This document shows positions 1 through 10,155 of a stretch of 64,000 nucleotides of DNA, piece by piece (position 1 is the stretch's first letter; each line of letters starts with the position of its first letter). Source of the DNA: a virus; IMG/VR virus record IMGVR_UViG_3300025519_000001, positions 90,760-154,759 of that record. One strand, given 5' to 3'. Under the pieces are notes generated by a model that searched no databases, was not told the DNA's origin, and was given only the letters and a program-made list of their open reading frames with translations. Made by a program: the position numbers and the translations under genes.

Positions 1-2062
1 GAAAATTATAATCAGAACTAATTCCATTCTCGTTTTCTATGGTAAGAGTAATAATATTTTGTCCAATAACTAATTTATTATTTAAAATTGTATATTCAAC
101 TGTTATAGGAGAAGGTTCCAAGTTAGTAAAACCTGAATCTGGATATTCTTGAATTCCGTTAACTATAATTTTATATCTAATATTTAAACCACTCGGTTCT
201 GTAATAATCCCACTTAAAATAACATCTTCACGATTAACGCTTGAGTGGTCAAGTAAACCATCAAATATCGGAGATAGATATTCAATTATTAATACTGGAC
301 GAAAACCATACCCAGTTCCAACAGTGGAAGATACTACACTATAAAATCCTGTAACAGAACTATTTCCTCTTATACTTCTATTTGCTGACGTTCCACTAAC
401 AGTAGAAGATGACCATGAAGCTATTCCACTCCAATTCCATACATTATTATCTCCAGGGGTAATGATTCCGTTTAAATCAGAATTTACAATATACTGATTC
501 CATTCGTTGTCCACATCGGAGCTATTAATACCACCAGTTAACAAGCGTACAGTTACTTTGTCTGTAAACCTGAATGTGTAGACTCCCCAATCGAAAAATC
601 CACCGTACACACCTATATCTGCAACAGTACCATCGGGGTCGCTACCATATCCTGCGTTCTGCCACGTTGCACCAATGATATTCCAATTGGAATCAAAGGT
701 TACATTAAATAGACAACCTAGGTTTACGGATATATTTAAACTACTGTACACCCCACCAAAGGCACAGTTTACGTACCTATAGTTAGTAGAACTTGGAGTG
801 TTTTCAACCAAACCCGGAACAGATGCAAAGGAGCAGTTCTCAAACTTTACGTTAGGGTCATCAGGAGAGTTGTTAGTCCAATAAAACCACCTGTCTGTCG
901 GGTACGTTCCATTAGGACTCTTGGCGAAAGCCACATTCCTGAACCACAACTTAAAGTTGGTGGCGGTAGAAAAGGAATTATACCAGATAACCCTACTATC
1001 TCCAGTAAAAGAATTTGAGGGTCTAATAACCATATTGAAGAAATTTGCACTACTTCCTGTAGGTTGACTGTAGGATATAGGGCAAGAACCTACTTCAAGT
1101 ATAGTGCTTTCCCCTTCACCAACGAAGGTTATTCCTTTAGTGGTACATAATTCGTGTAGATACTTGTTTGCTGTGTTAATAGGGTAAACTCCTGCCAACA
1201 GCTTTATCGCCCAACCTGTACCTGCCAAAGATAAGGCTTTAGAAATAGTCCGAACGGGATAGCTCTCTGTACCTATGTTTGTGTCAAGACCATTGATTGC
1301 ATCAACGTAAACAATCCCACTAAATAGACCTGCCCCTTCAACACTGAGTAGTGGCAATCCGCTTCCAGATGCAACGCCGTTCCCATTCAACGTATCCCAA
1401 CTAATCGAGTGTTGTACGTTTCTATCTGCAACAAGTACAGGTCTATCTAACCTATCCATGTCTACACAAATAGCGTAGAAGTCTCCGTCAGGGTTAGCTA
1501 CGGAAAAAGAAGGAATGAAGTCAGATGTTTCATTACCTACCCCACTAAAAAAACCTACCTTGTTATTATATGTAAAGTAGTGCATCCTAATCCGCTTGCC
1601 TATAGTAAGGTATTTTAGATCTGTTACTTCATCTGGATGAAAGAGACGACCTGTATCATCTATGTCGATAGCATCTATACCAAAATAGGCTGTGCCAGAA
1701 TTTCTTCTCATTGATACAGTATGTCGTCCCTGTGTTAATCCAGTAAGTTCAAACACAAGAGCCTGAGTCACATTTGAAGGACTATATTCACTAAAAGCAT
1801 AGGAAATACCGTCAATAGTAATTACGCAGTCATTAGAGAATGAACTCCAATAATAAGATATAATTCTTATTTTCGTGCCGATGAAATCAAATGAGATAGT
1901 ATCTTCTGCAGCACTGGTATAACTATCTGTTGAGTTATACGCTGCTGGCGAAAATCCTGTTCTGTGCGTCCAAGTACCCACATACTTCAAGGATGGACTC
2001 GTATCATCATACCGCTTCCATCCCGATTCCGGTGCGATAAGTTGTTGTCCAATCGAGGCCAT
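1..2062 (-). CDS. Tail fibre/adhesin-like protein, runs off the window start; split lectin-like (FGE/CLec-like) domain with an inserted beta-helix-like passenger
   Basis: Not in ORF track. Manual translation from ATG 2062 (SD AAGGAGG) gives MASIGQQLIAPESGWKRYDD..., open to base 1, with LVADRNVQHSISWDTLN...VRLLTGG...NEWNQYIV...GFRPVL. Confidence 0.8.
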   Translation of the reverse strand, partial: MASIGQQLIAPESGWKRYDDTSPSLKYVGTWTHRTGFSPAAYNSTDSYTSAAEDTISFDFIGTKIRIISYYWSSFSNDCVITIDGISYAFSEYSPSNVTQALVFELTGLTQGRHTVSMRRNSGTAYFGIDAIDIDDTGRLFHPDEVTDLKYLTIGKRIRMHYFTYNNKVGFFSGVGNETSDFIPSFSVANPDGDFYAICVDMDRLDRPVLVADRNVQHSISWDTLNGNGVASGSGLPLLSVEGAGLFSGIVYVDAINGLDTNIGTESYPVRTISKALSLAGTGWAIKLLAGVYPINTANKYLHELCTTKGITFVGEGESTILEVGSCPISYSQPTGSSANFFNMVIRPSNSFTGDSRVIWYNSFSTATNFKLWFRNVAFAKSPNGTYPTDRWFYWTNNSPDDPNVKFENCSFASVPGLVENTPSSTNYRYVNCAFGGVYSSLNISVNLGCLFNVTFDSNWNIIGATWQNAGYGSDPDGTVADIGVYGGFFDWGVYTFRFTDKVTVRLLTGGINSSDVDNEWNQYIVNSDLNGIITPGDNNVWNWSGIASWSSSTVSGTSANRSIRGNSSVTGFYSVVSSTVGTGYGFRPVLIIEYLSPIFDGLLDHSSVNREDVILSGIITEPSGLNIRYKIIVNGIQEYPDSGFTNLEPSPITVEYTILNNKLVIGQNIITLTIENENGISSDYNF

Positions 2063-2065
2063 TTA

Positions 2066-3424
2066 TCACGCCTCCTTATATTCAAAAACTGGACGAAATC
2101 CTTGTGAAACACCATTCCAAACCGTATTCCAATTTGATTGTGCCCAAGCTAGATCGGTGGTATTCGTTGTATTAGTTGGTCTTGCCATACCCCTGTGAAT
2201 TCTTCCGGTATTTGACGATGGGTTTGGAGATCCGCCTAGCGGATGAGTCATTCCGTTTATTGGAGTATCTTGACACCACGTTACTACATTTTGATCATGG
2301 TGCCACACATTTGGATCATTGGGAATTGCTTTACCTCCAAGAGCACTTCTAACAATATATTTATCCCATTCGTTATTCGTAGGCCACCCTCCATATCCTT
2401 GATCTGTTGTTGAACTGTTTCCATTAGCATCTGCAAAAGCCACTCCACCCGCAAGGGATCTGACTATGCCTATCGGGATATTATCTAAATCAACATCATA
2501 AGGAGCACTAGGCGGTTCAAAGTTGCTTTCCCACCTAGCAATACCTTTTACAAAACAAAATTCATCAATATAACTATTGCTTTGCGCTTCAGGTGCATTT
2601 AATGCTATACCACCAATAAATAAAGTTTTATCAGAAACATTAATATCAACTGTATGCGTTATGCTGGCATCTAATTTTCCGTTTATATACAAAGATAATG
2701 TTGTTCCGCGTTTTACTACTGCTAAATGATACCAAGTATTATCTTGAGCAATAGTTGTTCCAATTAATTGAGGTCCACCATAAGTTTGAACACTAAAAAC
2801 AGATGGGTAAGAATTATGTCTATCTAATAAAGCCAGTACGCCCTGTTTCCAACCCGTTCCTACTTGCCAAACTCTCGGATATGGGTTTATTTTTGACTTG
2901 GAATAATACCAGCAATCAATAGTCCAATCAATACCATTTGGTAACGAATAATCATTAGAAACACCACAGTCTATCCAACTATTCGCACTACCATCGAAAG
3001 AAGCACTACCAATTCCAAATTTCTTATTATCCAAAGAGAAATATACATTTGTTAAATGACTTATAGTATGCCCAAGCTCATCTTTGAATGTAGTATCATC
3101 CATGTGCATCAAAACTTTTTGAGGTTTTAATGCATTTCTCATTCCTTCTACAAATTTTCCTGAATTCAAAGTATCCCATGAGATATTGTATTGGACTACT
3201 CTATCAGCAATCAACAATCCCCTATCAACTTTAACAAAATAGAAATAGCCATTTGGAGTTGCTGACCCGTTTACAGGAATTTCTGTTCCTGCTGTACCTC
3301 CAAGGTTACTAAATGTCCCCGCCGCCCCACTTGATGCTTGGTAATTACAAACAATATAATCTCCAATCTGCATATCTTCAATTCTTGTACGCAAAGACCC
3401 CGTTGTTGCAGGTACAGGACTCAT
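2066..3424 (-). CDS. Virion adhesin with LamG/concanavalin-like domain inserted in a lectin-like domain
   Basis: LamG motifs (DWTIDCW, NTWYHLAVVKRG, LYINGKL, YIDEF) inside LIADRVVQYNISWDTLN...NEWDKYIV...GFRPVF. Confidence 0.75.
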   Translation of the reverse strand: MSPVPATTGSLRTRIEDMQIGDYIVCNYQASSGAAGTFSNLGGTAGTEIPVNGSATPNGYFYFVKVDRGLLIADRVVQYNISWDTLNSGKFVEGMRNALKPQKVLMHMDDTTFKDELGHTISHLTNVYFSLDNKKFGIGSASFDGSANSWIDCGVSNDYSLPNGIDWTIDCWYYSKSKINPYPRVWQVGTGWKQGVLALLDRHNSYPSVFSVQTYGGPQLIGTTIAQDNTWYHLAVVKRGTTLSLYINGKLDASITHTVDINVSDKTLFIGGIALNAPEAQSNSYIDEFCFVKGIARWESNFEPPSAPYDVDLDNIPIGIVRSLAGGVAFADANGNSSTTDQGYGGWPTNNEWDKYIVRSALGGKAIPNDPNVWHHDQNVVTWCQDTPINGMTHPLGGSPNPSSNTGRIHRGMARPTNTTNTTDLAWAQSNWNTVWNGVSQGFRPVFEYKEA

Positions 3425-3438
3425 ATTAACTAGCCTCC

Positions 3439-4179
3439 TTATTGTTTTTTTAGATATATCTCGACTTCTTTAATATATTTTCCAACAGTTTGTCTATTAA
3501 GTCCGTACATTTCTGCTATCTGAATTCGAGTTAATTTATCTTTCTTGTTTAACTCATACATTTTAAGTTTTTCATCGAAAGTGAAATACTTTCCAGGGAA
3601 GCGAGCTTTTATCATATTTTCCACATGCTCTTTACTTTGCTTTCTTCCAGTTAATGCTCTTCTCATATTCTCAATATGTTGCGGCGACAATCCACCATAA
3701 TTTACATTATTTTTACCCTTGCGCAATTCACTTAATTTCTTTCTTGTCTCTTCACTATGTTTAAATCCTTTTAATTTTTTCCTGATTTTTTCACGATGTT
3801 CTAAAGTTATAACCTTACCTTTGTTTGACTCGCTAATTTTTCTTCTAACTTCTTCTGGCCATTCAAAATTATCATATCCACCGTGTCGATTATTGAAACC
3901 ATGCTGCAATGAATCATAGTAGTCAATATAGTATTTTTCTTTTTCATCAAGTTCTTCTATTGAACAGTATTCTAACACTTCAAATTTAAAGTAATTTTCA
4001 CCATGTTTATTATAAGAATTCTGAAGATGTTTATTTGGATGACAATTGTATTTTAACCATCTTTTATGAGTTTCTAATCTCATGTTTACATTCTTACTTA
4101 CACCGATATAACACTTTCCATTTGCTGTATTTGTTATCTTATATACACCACTGACAATAAGAGTCGCCGGAACTGGCAT
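3439..4179 (-). mobile_element. Free-standing GIY-YIG homing endonuclease with NUMOD3 repeats and C-terminal HTH
   Basis: SGVYKITN...CYIG, E..YI..Y...GFN, HSEETRKKLSE repeats; ATG 4179 follows SD GAGGTG. Confidence 0.9.
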
Positions 4180-4193
4180 TAAAACCACCTCAA

Positions 4194-5735
4194 TTAAACA
4201 GCATCAGCCTCTACTTTAATATCAAAAGTGCCACTACCAACTGCCGTATCACTAGTGCTTAATCTTACATAAAATTCAATTGTTTCATCAAAATTTAATT
4301 GTTGATCATATATCAAATAACTTTCCGCAACAAATGGATTATTAGATTTGCTCAATTCTATCGTTAATCCCTCAACATCTGTTTCTGTAGTTAGTCTAAT
4401 ATTTTTTACATTAAAAGGATATGTGTTTGTCAAAATAACCTTTACATCTAATGAGGTTTGACCAGAAATCATAGTATTAAAATCAAGATATTGAAGAATC
4501 TCTCCAAATGATGTTGAATAGTATTGTTGGGATGTATCCATGAACATTAGACCTGAATATTTCTTATCAAGCTCGCTATAATTAATTGTTATTGATGATA
4601 CAGTTGGTGTAATAGTAGTGATTTTAGAATTTGCAGATAATGAGTTTACTTCTAAAACTTCATTTGAATTGTTTTGCTCTAAATAATAAGCAAAGCGAAT
4701 GTTATTACTGTATAAACCAAGTTCTTCCCATTGAGATTGAGTTATTGCATTAAATTCTGCACTTGTCATCCCATTTTCTTTTATATCTAATAAATTAGTA
4801 ACATCTACAAAAATCCAATTATTACTTTTAAAAGATTTCCACGAGTTTCCATTATCATTACTAGTAATAATTTTAAAAATTGGCCCTGATTCTTCAATAT
4901 CTTCTAATTGGATGTTTTGTAATTCTCCATTAAAACTAACATCTTTAATCTGTTTAACAATCTGTGGCTTAGGTATGGCATTTATTGTAATTGCATTTAA
5001 ATCATTACTAGCCTCATTCCAAATCAAAATTTCAAAATTAGAAAGTTCTAAGACTGTATTAGAAGCATATGATAATTCATATTCGCTCAATCCATAATTC
5101 ACAAACAAATCTTTATTTAATGAATTGCTTGTGCTTATAATTTCCCAAGAAGCATTAGAAGAATTATAAGTTAAAATATTATTTTCTTTTTCAACTAGTA
5201 TAAGAGGATTGTTACCATATGGCAAAAAACCAACTGGAGGCGTATATGAAAAGCTTGTTTGTCCGAAATTAGCATAATATGTAATACTACCATTAGAGGT
5301 TCCACTCGTACAAACTGGATAAATTGTTCCTAATGTTTTAATATCTGTATGTGAAATACCTTGACTAACACCATTTTTCCAAAACTCTAAAGTTCCATTA
5401 TCCAAATCCACAAGAACACTTATTATGTCTCCATTTGTATAAGATGCTCCGTATGATTTTCCACCAGGAGATGTTGTTCCATTATAACCATAATATATCC
5501 TAACATTTGCATTTGAAGAAACTCCATTAGACATAGATACAGTTGAACTTGCTATTCCAATAAATTTGGCTGATGCACCACTTACATTTGTAACTTCCCA
5601 ATACCATTTTCCATAACTTTTACCAACTGTTGTTCTGATTCCCTGACTTATCGCATTAATAGTGACTGTATAATTGTCACTACTTAATGTAACGTTACTT
5701 CCTTTATTATTTGGGTCCCATGTGACAATCGCCAT
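4194..5735 (-). CDS. SPRY/B30.2-domain virion protein
   Basis: GKWYWEV, GDIISVLVDLDNGTLEFWKNGVSQG, ANFG...PPVGF motifs. Confidence 0.8.
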   Translation of the reverse strand: MAIVTWDPNNKGSNVTLSSDNYTVTINAISQGIRTTVGKSYGKWYWEVTNVSGASAKFIGIASSTVSMSNGVSSNANVRIYYGYNGTTSPGGKSYGASYTNGDIISVLVDLDNGTLEFWKNGVSQGISHTDIKTLGTIYPVCTSGTSNGSITYYANFGQTSFSYTPPVGFLPYGNNPLILVEKENNILTYNSSNASWEIISTSNSLNKDLFVNYGLSEYELSYASNTVLELSNFEILIWNEASNDLNAITINAIPKPQIVKQIKDVSFNGELQNIQLEDIEESGPIFKIITSNDNGNSWKSFKSNNWIFVDVTNLLDIKENGMTSAEFNAITQSQWEELGLYSNNIRFAYYLEQNNSNEVLEVNSLSANSKITTITPTVSSITINYSELDKKYSGLMFMDTSQQYYSTSFGEILQYLDFNTMISGQTSLDVKVILTNTYPFNVKNIRLTTETDVEGLTIELSKSNNPFVAESYLIYDQQLNFDETIEFYVRLSTSDTAVGSGTFDIKVEADAV

Positions 5736-6751
5736 TATATCACCTTAAATTTTTCAATAGTCTTAAAATTAGATACATCTATACTCTTTCTAAACAAAGC
5801 GCCATCATATGTCCAAGATAAATCTTTTTCTAATTGCTCTTCATATGTTGTTTTTAATTTTAAACTACCATCAAAATCAACATATGGATTTTCTTCAAAT
5901 TGAGTTTTCTCGGCTTCTGTAAAATCATTTACAATCATATTGTATATTTTATTATCACCAACCAACTCAACTTTTACTTTAATATATCTTCCCTGTGGAG
6001 ATGTGATATTTCCATTATCATCAATCAATGACCATTCTGAAAAATTCACATAATCATTTGATGTAGATGTATAGATATTTATAGTGGTTCCCGTTGGAAT
6101 TGTACTAACATTGGTGACTGAACCTATTTGTCTTACATATTGACTAAAATCGATAATGTTTGACTCAAAATATCCATTATTTTTATAGAAGGATGTTTTT
6201 TCAAACATTTCAATATAAGCTATATTAACATATATATCATTTTTATTTGTTATATAAATTCTATAATATAAAAAACTGTCATTGTTATTAAGTGTAAATG
6301 TTTTTTTGTTTACACTTGTGTCCCAAGAATGATTACTCTGCGTATCTAAAGTCGTCCAATTACTGTTATCATTTGATCCTTGAAATTCCCAGTCTCTTGG
6401 TGAATAATTAGGGTATGAAGGGTCTATGGTGATTGAATATCTTTTAATTATTTTAGGTAAAGTAAATTTGTACCCAATATAACTAGGATTAGTGTCTGTT
6501 TGCCAATAATTATTACTAGATTCAAAAGCGTAATAGCCCGGATATCCATGCATAAAACTATTACGAATTACTTGCCCACTTGGTGTTCCATCAGAAGTCA
6601 TTTCTGGAATTGATGTTTCGGATAAAATAATTTCTCCCACAAACGTTAATTGCAACTTTTCATCGACAACTTCAACATCAATTTTGTTGCCTCTATTCCA
6701 ATCTAGGCTTTTATTACTATCAATAATAACCGCCATTAGCTTACCACCCAA
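5735..6751 (-). CDS. Discoidin (F5/8 type C) domain virion protein
   Basis: YIGYKF, SPRDWEFQGSND..WTTLD, YYRIYIT motifs; likely start 6736. Confidence 0.75.
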   Translation of the reverse strand: MGGKLMAVIIDSNKSLDWNRGNKIDVEVVDEKLQLTFVGEIILSETSIPEMTSDGTPSGQVIRNSFMHGYPGYYAFESSNNYWQTDTNPSYIGYKFTLPKIIKRYSITIDPSYPNYSPRDWEFQGSNDNSNWTTLDTQSNHSWDTSVNKKTFTLNNNDSFLYYRIYITNKNDIYVNIAYIEMFEKTSFYKNNGYFESNIIDFSQYVRQIGSVTNVSTIPTGTTINIYTSTSNDYVNFSEWSLIDDNGNITSPQGRYIKVKVELVGDNKIYNMIVNDFTEAEKTQFEENPYVDFDGSLKLKTTYEEQLEKDLSWTYDGALFRKSIDVSNFKTIEKFKVI

Positions 6752-7350
6752 TTCATCTCATAAGCATGATTGGCTTGCATGGGTGCATCATATTCGAAAG
6801 TTTCAAGACTATTTTTCTTAACAATAAATACCCCTTTATCAAAATCTCTATCGGAAACAAGTCTAAAATTCAAATAAACGTTACCACCATAGGGAACACA
6901 ACAAATGGCTTTAAAATTAAAATTAACATCATTTATTTTTAAATTTTGTTTATATCCAAAGTTATATTGCGAAATATTAGACCTAAGTGATCCATTTTCA
7001 CCAGAAGGAGTGAAATCAGAAAAAGCATTTTTAAATTGAATTATATCATTATATGAAATAAACGGTTGACCAGTCAAATAATATTCTGCGCTTGTTGTTT
7101 TATCTTTGTAGATAATTTCAATCATTCGGCCACAAATCTTAAAGTAACCACCATAAACCTCATAGTACATATTTAAACCCATTCCAACTAAACCAAAACG
7201 AATCAACGAAGAACGATCAATATCTTGAAAGTTATTTGGAGAACCATCTTCAAAAGAATATTCAGGGAAAAATGTGCCATTACTCATAGCCGCAACCCAG
7301 ATAAAATCTTGATCTTGAACTGGGCTATTTAAATATAATTTATCTCTCAT
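6736..7350 (-). CDS. Phage protein of the tail/fibre module
   Basis: 204-aa ORF with SD, co-oriented; no motif recognised. Confidence 0.6.
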   Translation of the reverse strand: MRDKLYLNSPVQDQDFIWVAAMSNGTFFPEYSFEDGSPNNFQDIDRSSLIRFGLVGMGLNMYYEVYGGYFKICGRMIEIIYKDKTTSAEYYLTGQPFISYNDIIQFKNAFSDFTPSGENGSLRSNISQYNFGYKQNLKINDVNFNFKAICCVPYGGNVYLNFRLVSDRDFDKGVFIVKKNSLETFEYDAPMQANHAYEMNWVVS

Positions 7351-7390
7351 ATATAATTAATCAACTCCCATTGTATTGTGAGCCAAAACA

Positions 7391-7420
7391 AAAAGGGCTA
7401 GATAAAAAATCTAGCCCCAA
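7391..7420. terminator. Intrinsic terminator hairpin
   Basis: GGGCTAGAT-aaaaa-ATCTAGCCC flanked by A/T runs. Confidence 0.6.
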
Positions 7421-7429
7421 AAACGAAAC

Positions 7430-7903
7430 TTATTGATACGTATAGAAAACACGTAACAAGAAATCAACAGTACCAGCAGTTGCCGTTACAGATGGCATTG
7501 CAAAAGCCGTAACTTGTGCAAAATTACTAGCTGAATTAGCTACTGTACCATCATTTGCAGTACCTTTTATAACTCCAGCAGGTGCAGTACCGCCAGCTTT
7601 AATAGGTCTTGCAGTATCTCCACCAATCGGGGAAAAAGTTTGCTCATTCATTGTGTCACATTTTACTTGAACCCACTTTTCAGTAATGATGTCGCCATTA
7701 TTACCGCCAGTAATGTCTTTTGTGGTGATCATACAACCTTCAGCGTCAGCAACATCCGTAGAGCCACCACGATTGTTCCAGATAAGGAATATTGCACTCT
7801 CAGAAGAAGTACCTGCGTCTACCGTTTTAAGATCCCATAACGTCCATTGTTCTGTGTTTCCTTGTTTCCACCAACTAATTACAGGACTAGCCATAATTAT
7901 CAT
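7430..7903 (-). CDS. Small beta-rich virion protein
   Basis: 157 aa, G/T/A-rich, in fibre module. Confidence 0.55.
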   Translation of the reverse strand: MIIMASPVISWWKQGNTEQWTLWDLKTVDAGTSSESAIFLIWNNRGGSTDVADAEGCMITTKDITGGNNGDIITEKWVQVKCDTMNEQTFSPIGGDTARPIKAGGTAPAGVIKGTANDGTVANSASNFAQVTAFAMPSVTATAGTVDFLLRVFYTYQ

Positions 7904-9084
7904 TCCTCCAAAGTATTAGAATTTGTTTTTATATCCAAATTAACTGTTATTCCCTTTATGTTTCCATCATATTGATAAACATTAATCCTAAAATAATCGC
8001 CTTTTGTTACATTTACATCTTCAACAACGCCACCTGTTGCAATTATATTATTTGGTTCAAAAGATAAATTTTCCGAAAAAATATTATCCCATGTGCCACT
8101 TAAAAATTCACTTTCCGATATTTTTTCAATACCAATTTGGGTACTAACCGAAATACCACTTTCCACACAATCAGCTTTAATATTTACGATTTCGCCGTCA
8201 AATGGAATTTGACTAAAACCAACAACATATTGAACACCTTGATCAATTATTTTGGGAATTTTAAATAAAACCCTTCTTAAAATAAAATTCTGATAATCTT
8301 CTTTGTGCAGAAGACCATCAGAATTTTCGGAGACATATGGAATTGCTTCTCCGATGATATTTCCAACCAATTGCCATTGATATGATACAACACCATCATA
8401 ACGATAAATATCGCCCGTTGTATTTATTAATACCTGCCATCCATTTTCGGGTTCAGGATAAACTGTTTCTAAATCATCATATGTGTCTACAGCAGGTTTT
8501 CTAATTACTACTGTTGTAGTTGCTGCATCGTAAGCAGCCTGCGCCGCTTGATTTGCATGATCTGCGGCCACATTAGCATTGTCAGTAGCAACATTGGCAT
8601 TATTGGTAGCATCTCTAGCATCGGAGATTGCTTTATTTATCTCGATTATTTTTTCGTTTATTGTTTTCGTGTAATTTACAAGTTGATCTACATAGTCCTG
8701 CAAAGTAACCAACACATCTGGATTATTTCTTGCAATGGCGTAGATTCTGCTGGCTGGATAAAGAATCAAGCCTCTCCCTAGATAAGAGCAGACTAATGTA
8801 TTACCTTCTTGTGAAGGGTGAAATTGAATAATCCCTACTGCATAGTTGACAACAAATTCATTTTCTTTGAGTGCCTTTGTCTTTTTGTAAACTTCCTCTG
8901 GAACTTCCACGAACCCTGTTATTTGAACTTTATGAGTATATGAGGGAACTTCTAAAAGAGTAATTTTATTGTTGATAACCGGAAGAGAATCGGAACGTGG
9001 AATATAAGGATCTTCTGGCGTTCCTTTTCGCCAAACAATAACGCTTGAATCGATGTGTTCAAGATATGTTTTTAACTCAGGCAT
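7900..9084 (-). CDS. Baseplate/fibre-attachment protein with coiled-coil
   Basis: NEFVVNY..GIIQF N-domain, Ala/Asn-rich heptads, YPEPENGW motif; follows tail tip genes. Confidence 0.6.
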   Translation of the reverse strand: MPELKTYLEHIDSSVIVWRKGTPEDPYIPRSDSLPVINNKITLLEVPSYTHKVQITGFVEVPEEVYKKTKALKENEFVVNYAVGIIQFHPSQEGNTLVCSYLGRGLILYPASRIYAIARNNPDVLVTLQDYVDQLVNYTKTINEKIIEINKAISDARDATNNANVATDNANVAADHANQAAQAAYDAATTTVVIRKPAVDTYDDLETVYPEPENGWQVLINTTGDIYRYDGVVSYQWQLVGNIIGEAIPYVSENSDGLLHKEDYQNFILRRVLFKIPKIIDQGVQYVVGFSQIPFDGEIVNIKADCVESGISVSTQIGIEKISESEFLSGTWDNIFSENLSFEPNNIIATGGVVEDVNVTKGDYFRINVYQYDGNIKGITVNLDIKTNSNTLEE

Positions 9085-9101
9085 CTATGCACCTCCTTTC
9101 A

Positions 9102-9596
9102 TTAGTTGGGGATATTTAATTTTGTATTTCCATTTGCAATTGTTGTTGTTGTCCCAAGACATGTGGTTACTTGAGAGCCAATCAAAGCTATAGGCTGTCC
9201 ACCTAACTTTGCTTTTGAACTTCCCGATATAATTCTTCCATTCCCAGAACCAGACGTAGGAGAAGTTGGAATATACCTAGTTGTTGATGTATTCGAAGGA
9301 ATGGGGGGATCGGCAACCCAAGTTTCAACTGTCTGATCACCAACTTTTGCAACATTAGTTCCGCCAATTTTCATTTTTGAAGAAGGGACAGATACATAGC
9401 CAGTAATTTTAGCTCCTGTGCTACCCGATCCTGACGGAACCCATCCATAATCATCTTGCCAAGCAATACAGTTTCCTTCTTCGTCCGTTTCCACACAATG
9501 GCTACCAATTACTTGCCAAGTTTCAATGTTGTATGTGACATATCCGGGTTTTGTTGAAGGTGCTATTGTTGAACCATTTACTGCAACTCCAGACAT
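9102..9596 (-). CDS. PAAR-like spike-tip protein
   Basis: Repeated IGGTNVAKVGD / LGGQPIALIGS, IISGSS..K, terminal TTCLG. Confidence 0.6.
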   Translation of the reverse strand: MSGVAVNGSTIAPSTKPGYVTYNIETWQVIGSHCVETDEEGNCIAWQDDYGWVPSGSGSTGAKITGYVSVPSSKMKIGGTNVAKVGDQTVETWVADPPIPSNTSTTRYIPTSPTSGSGNGRIISGSSKAKLGGQPIALIGSQVTTCLGTTTTIANGNTKLNIPN

Positions 9597-9732
9597 ACTG
9601 AATCACCTAATCTAATAAAATGACAAAATAAAAAAGCCTTGATTTTTAAGGCTTTTTTAAAATTAAAAAGTGCATGAAATTACACTTTCATGCACTAAAA
9701 ATAAAAACCACCTATAAAAGAATAAATAGTTA

Positions 9733-10155
9733 TTAATTAATAAAAGCTATTTTATGATTAATACTTGCTACCTCAATTGGATCTAAATCTTCACACATAA
9801 AATCTTCATGTTGAATTTTCTGCATAATATCTGTAAACAATTCAACACATATATCTTTTCTGTTTGTTGTTAATAATTCTCTACTTATTACTACATTATT
9901 AACTCTAAATTTCTTATCACAATCGATTATTGAAGTATGATTAAATGGATTTCGATTAATATCCGCCGATTCAATAATAAATACATATGGAGGCTCACCA
10001 GAAAGGTGTTTTAACGGCTTGTAAGTTTGACATTTAATAAATTCTTTTTCTAAACCTTCTTTTATACATATATACATATGAGAATATACAGCCAATGACG
10101 AATTTATGTCGGGAAAAGGAATTCTCATCCTAACCACATCTTTTTGTTCAATCAA
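9733..10155 (-). CDS. Putative toxin (possibly PemK/MazF-like fold)
   Basis: N-term KDVVRMRIPFPD resembles MazF-like GDIV.V.FPF.D; overlaps antitoxin stop by 8 nt. Confidence 0.45.
   Translation of the reverse strand: MIEQKDVVRMRIPFPDINSSLAVYSHMYICIKEGLEKEFIKCQTYKPLKHLSGEPPYVFIIESADINRNPFNHTSIIDCDKKFRVNNVVISRELLTTNRKDICVELFTDIMQKIQHEDFMCEDLDPIEVASINHKIAFIN

Noticed and set aside
290-2110. Diversity-generating retroelement suggested by GFRPV-ending domains
   Set aside because: No reverse transcriptase and no adenine-variant template repeat visible in the window; the two GFRPV regions are too divergent to be a TR/VR pair.
3424-4200. Group I intron around the GIY-YIG gene
   Set aside because: Only ~14 nt flank each side, leaving no room for a ribozyme core; the downstream gene has its own SD and ATG.
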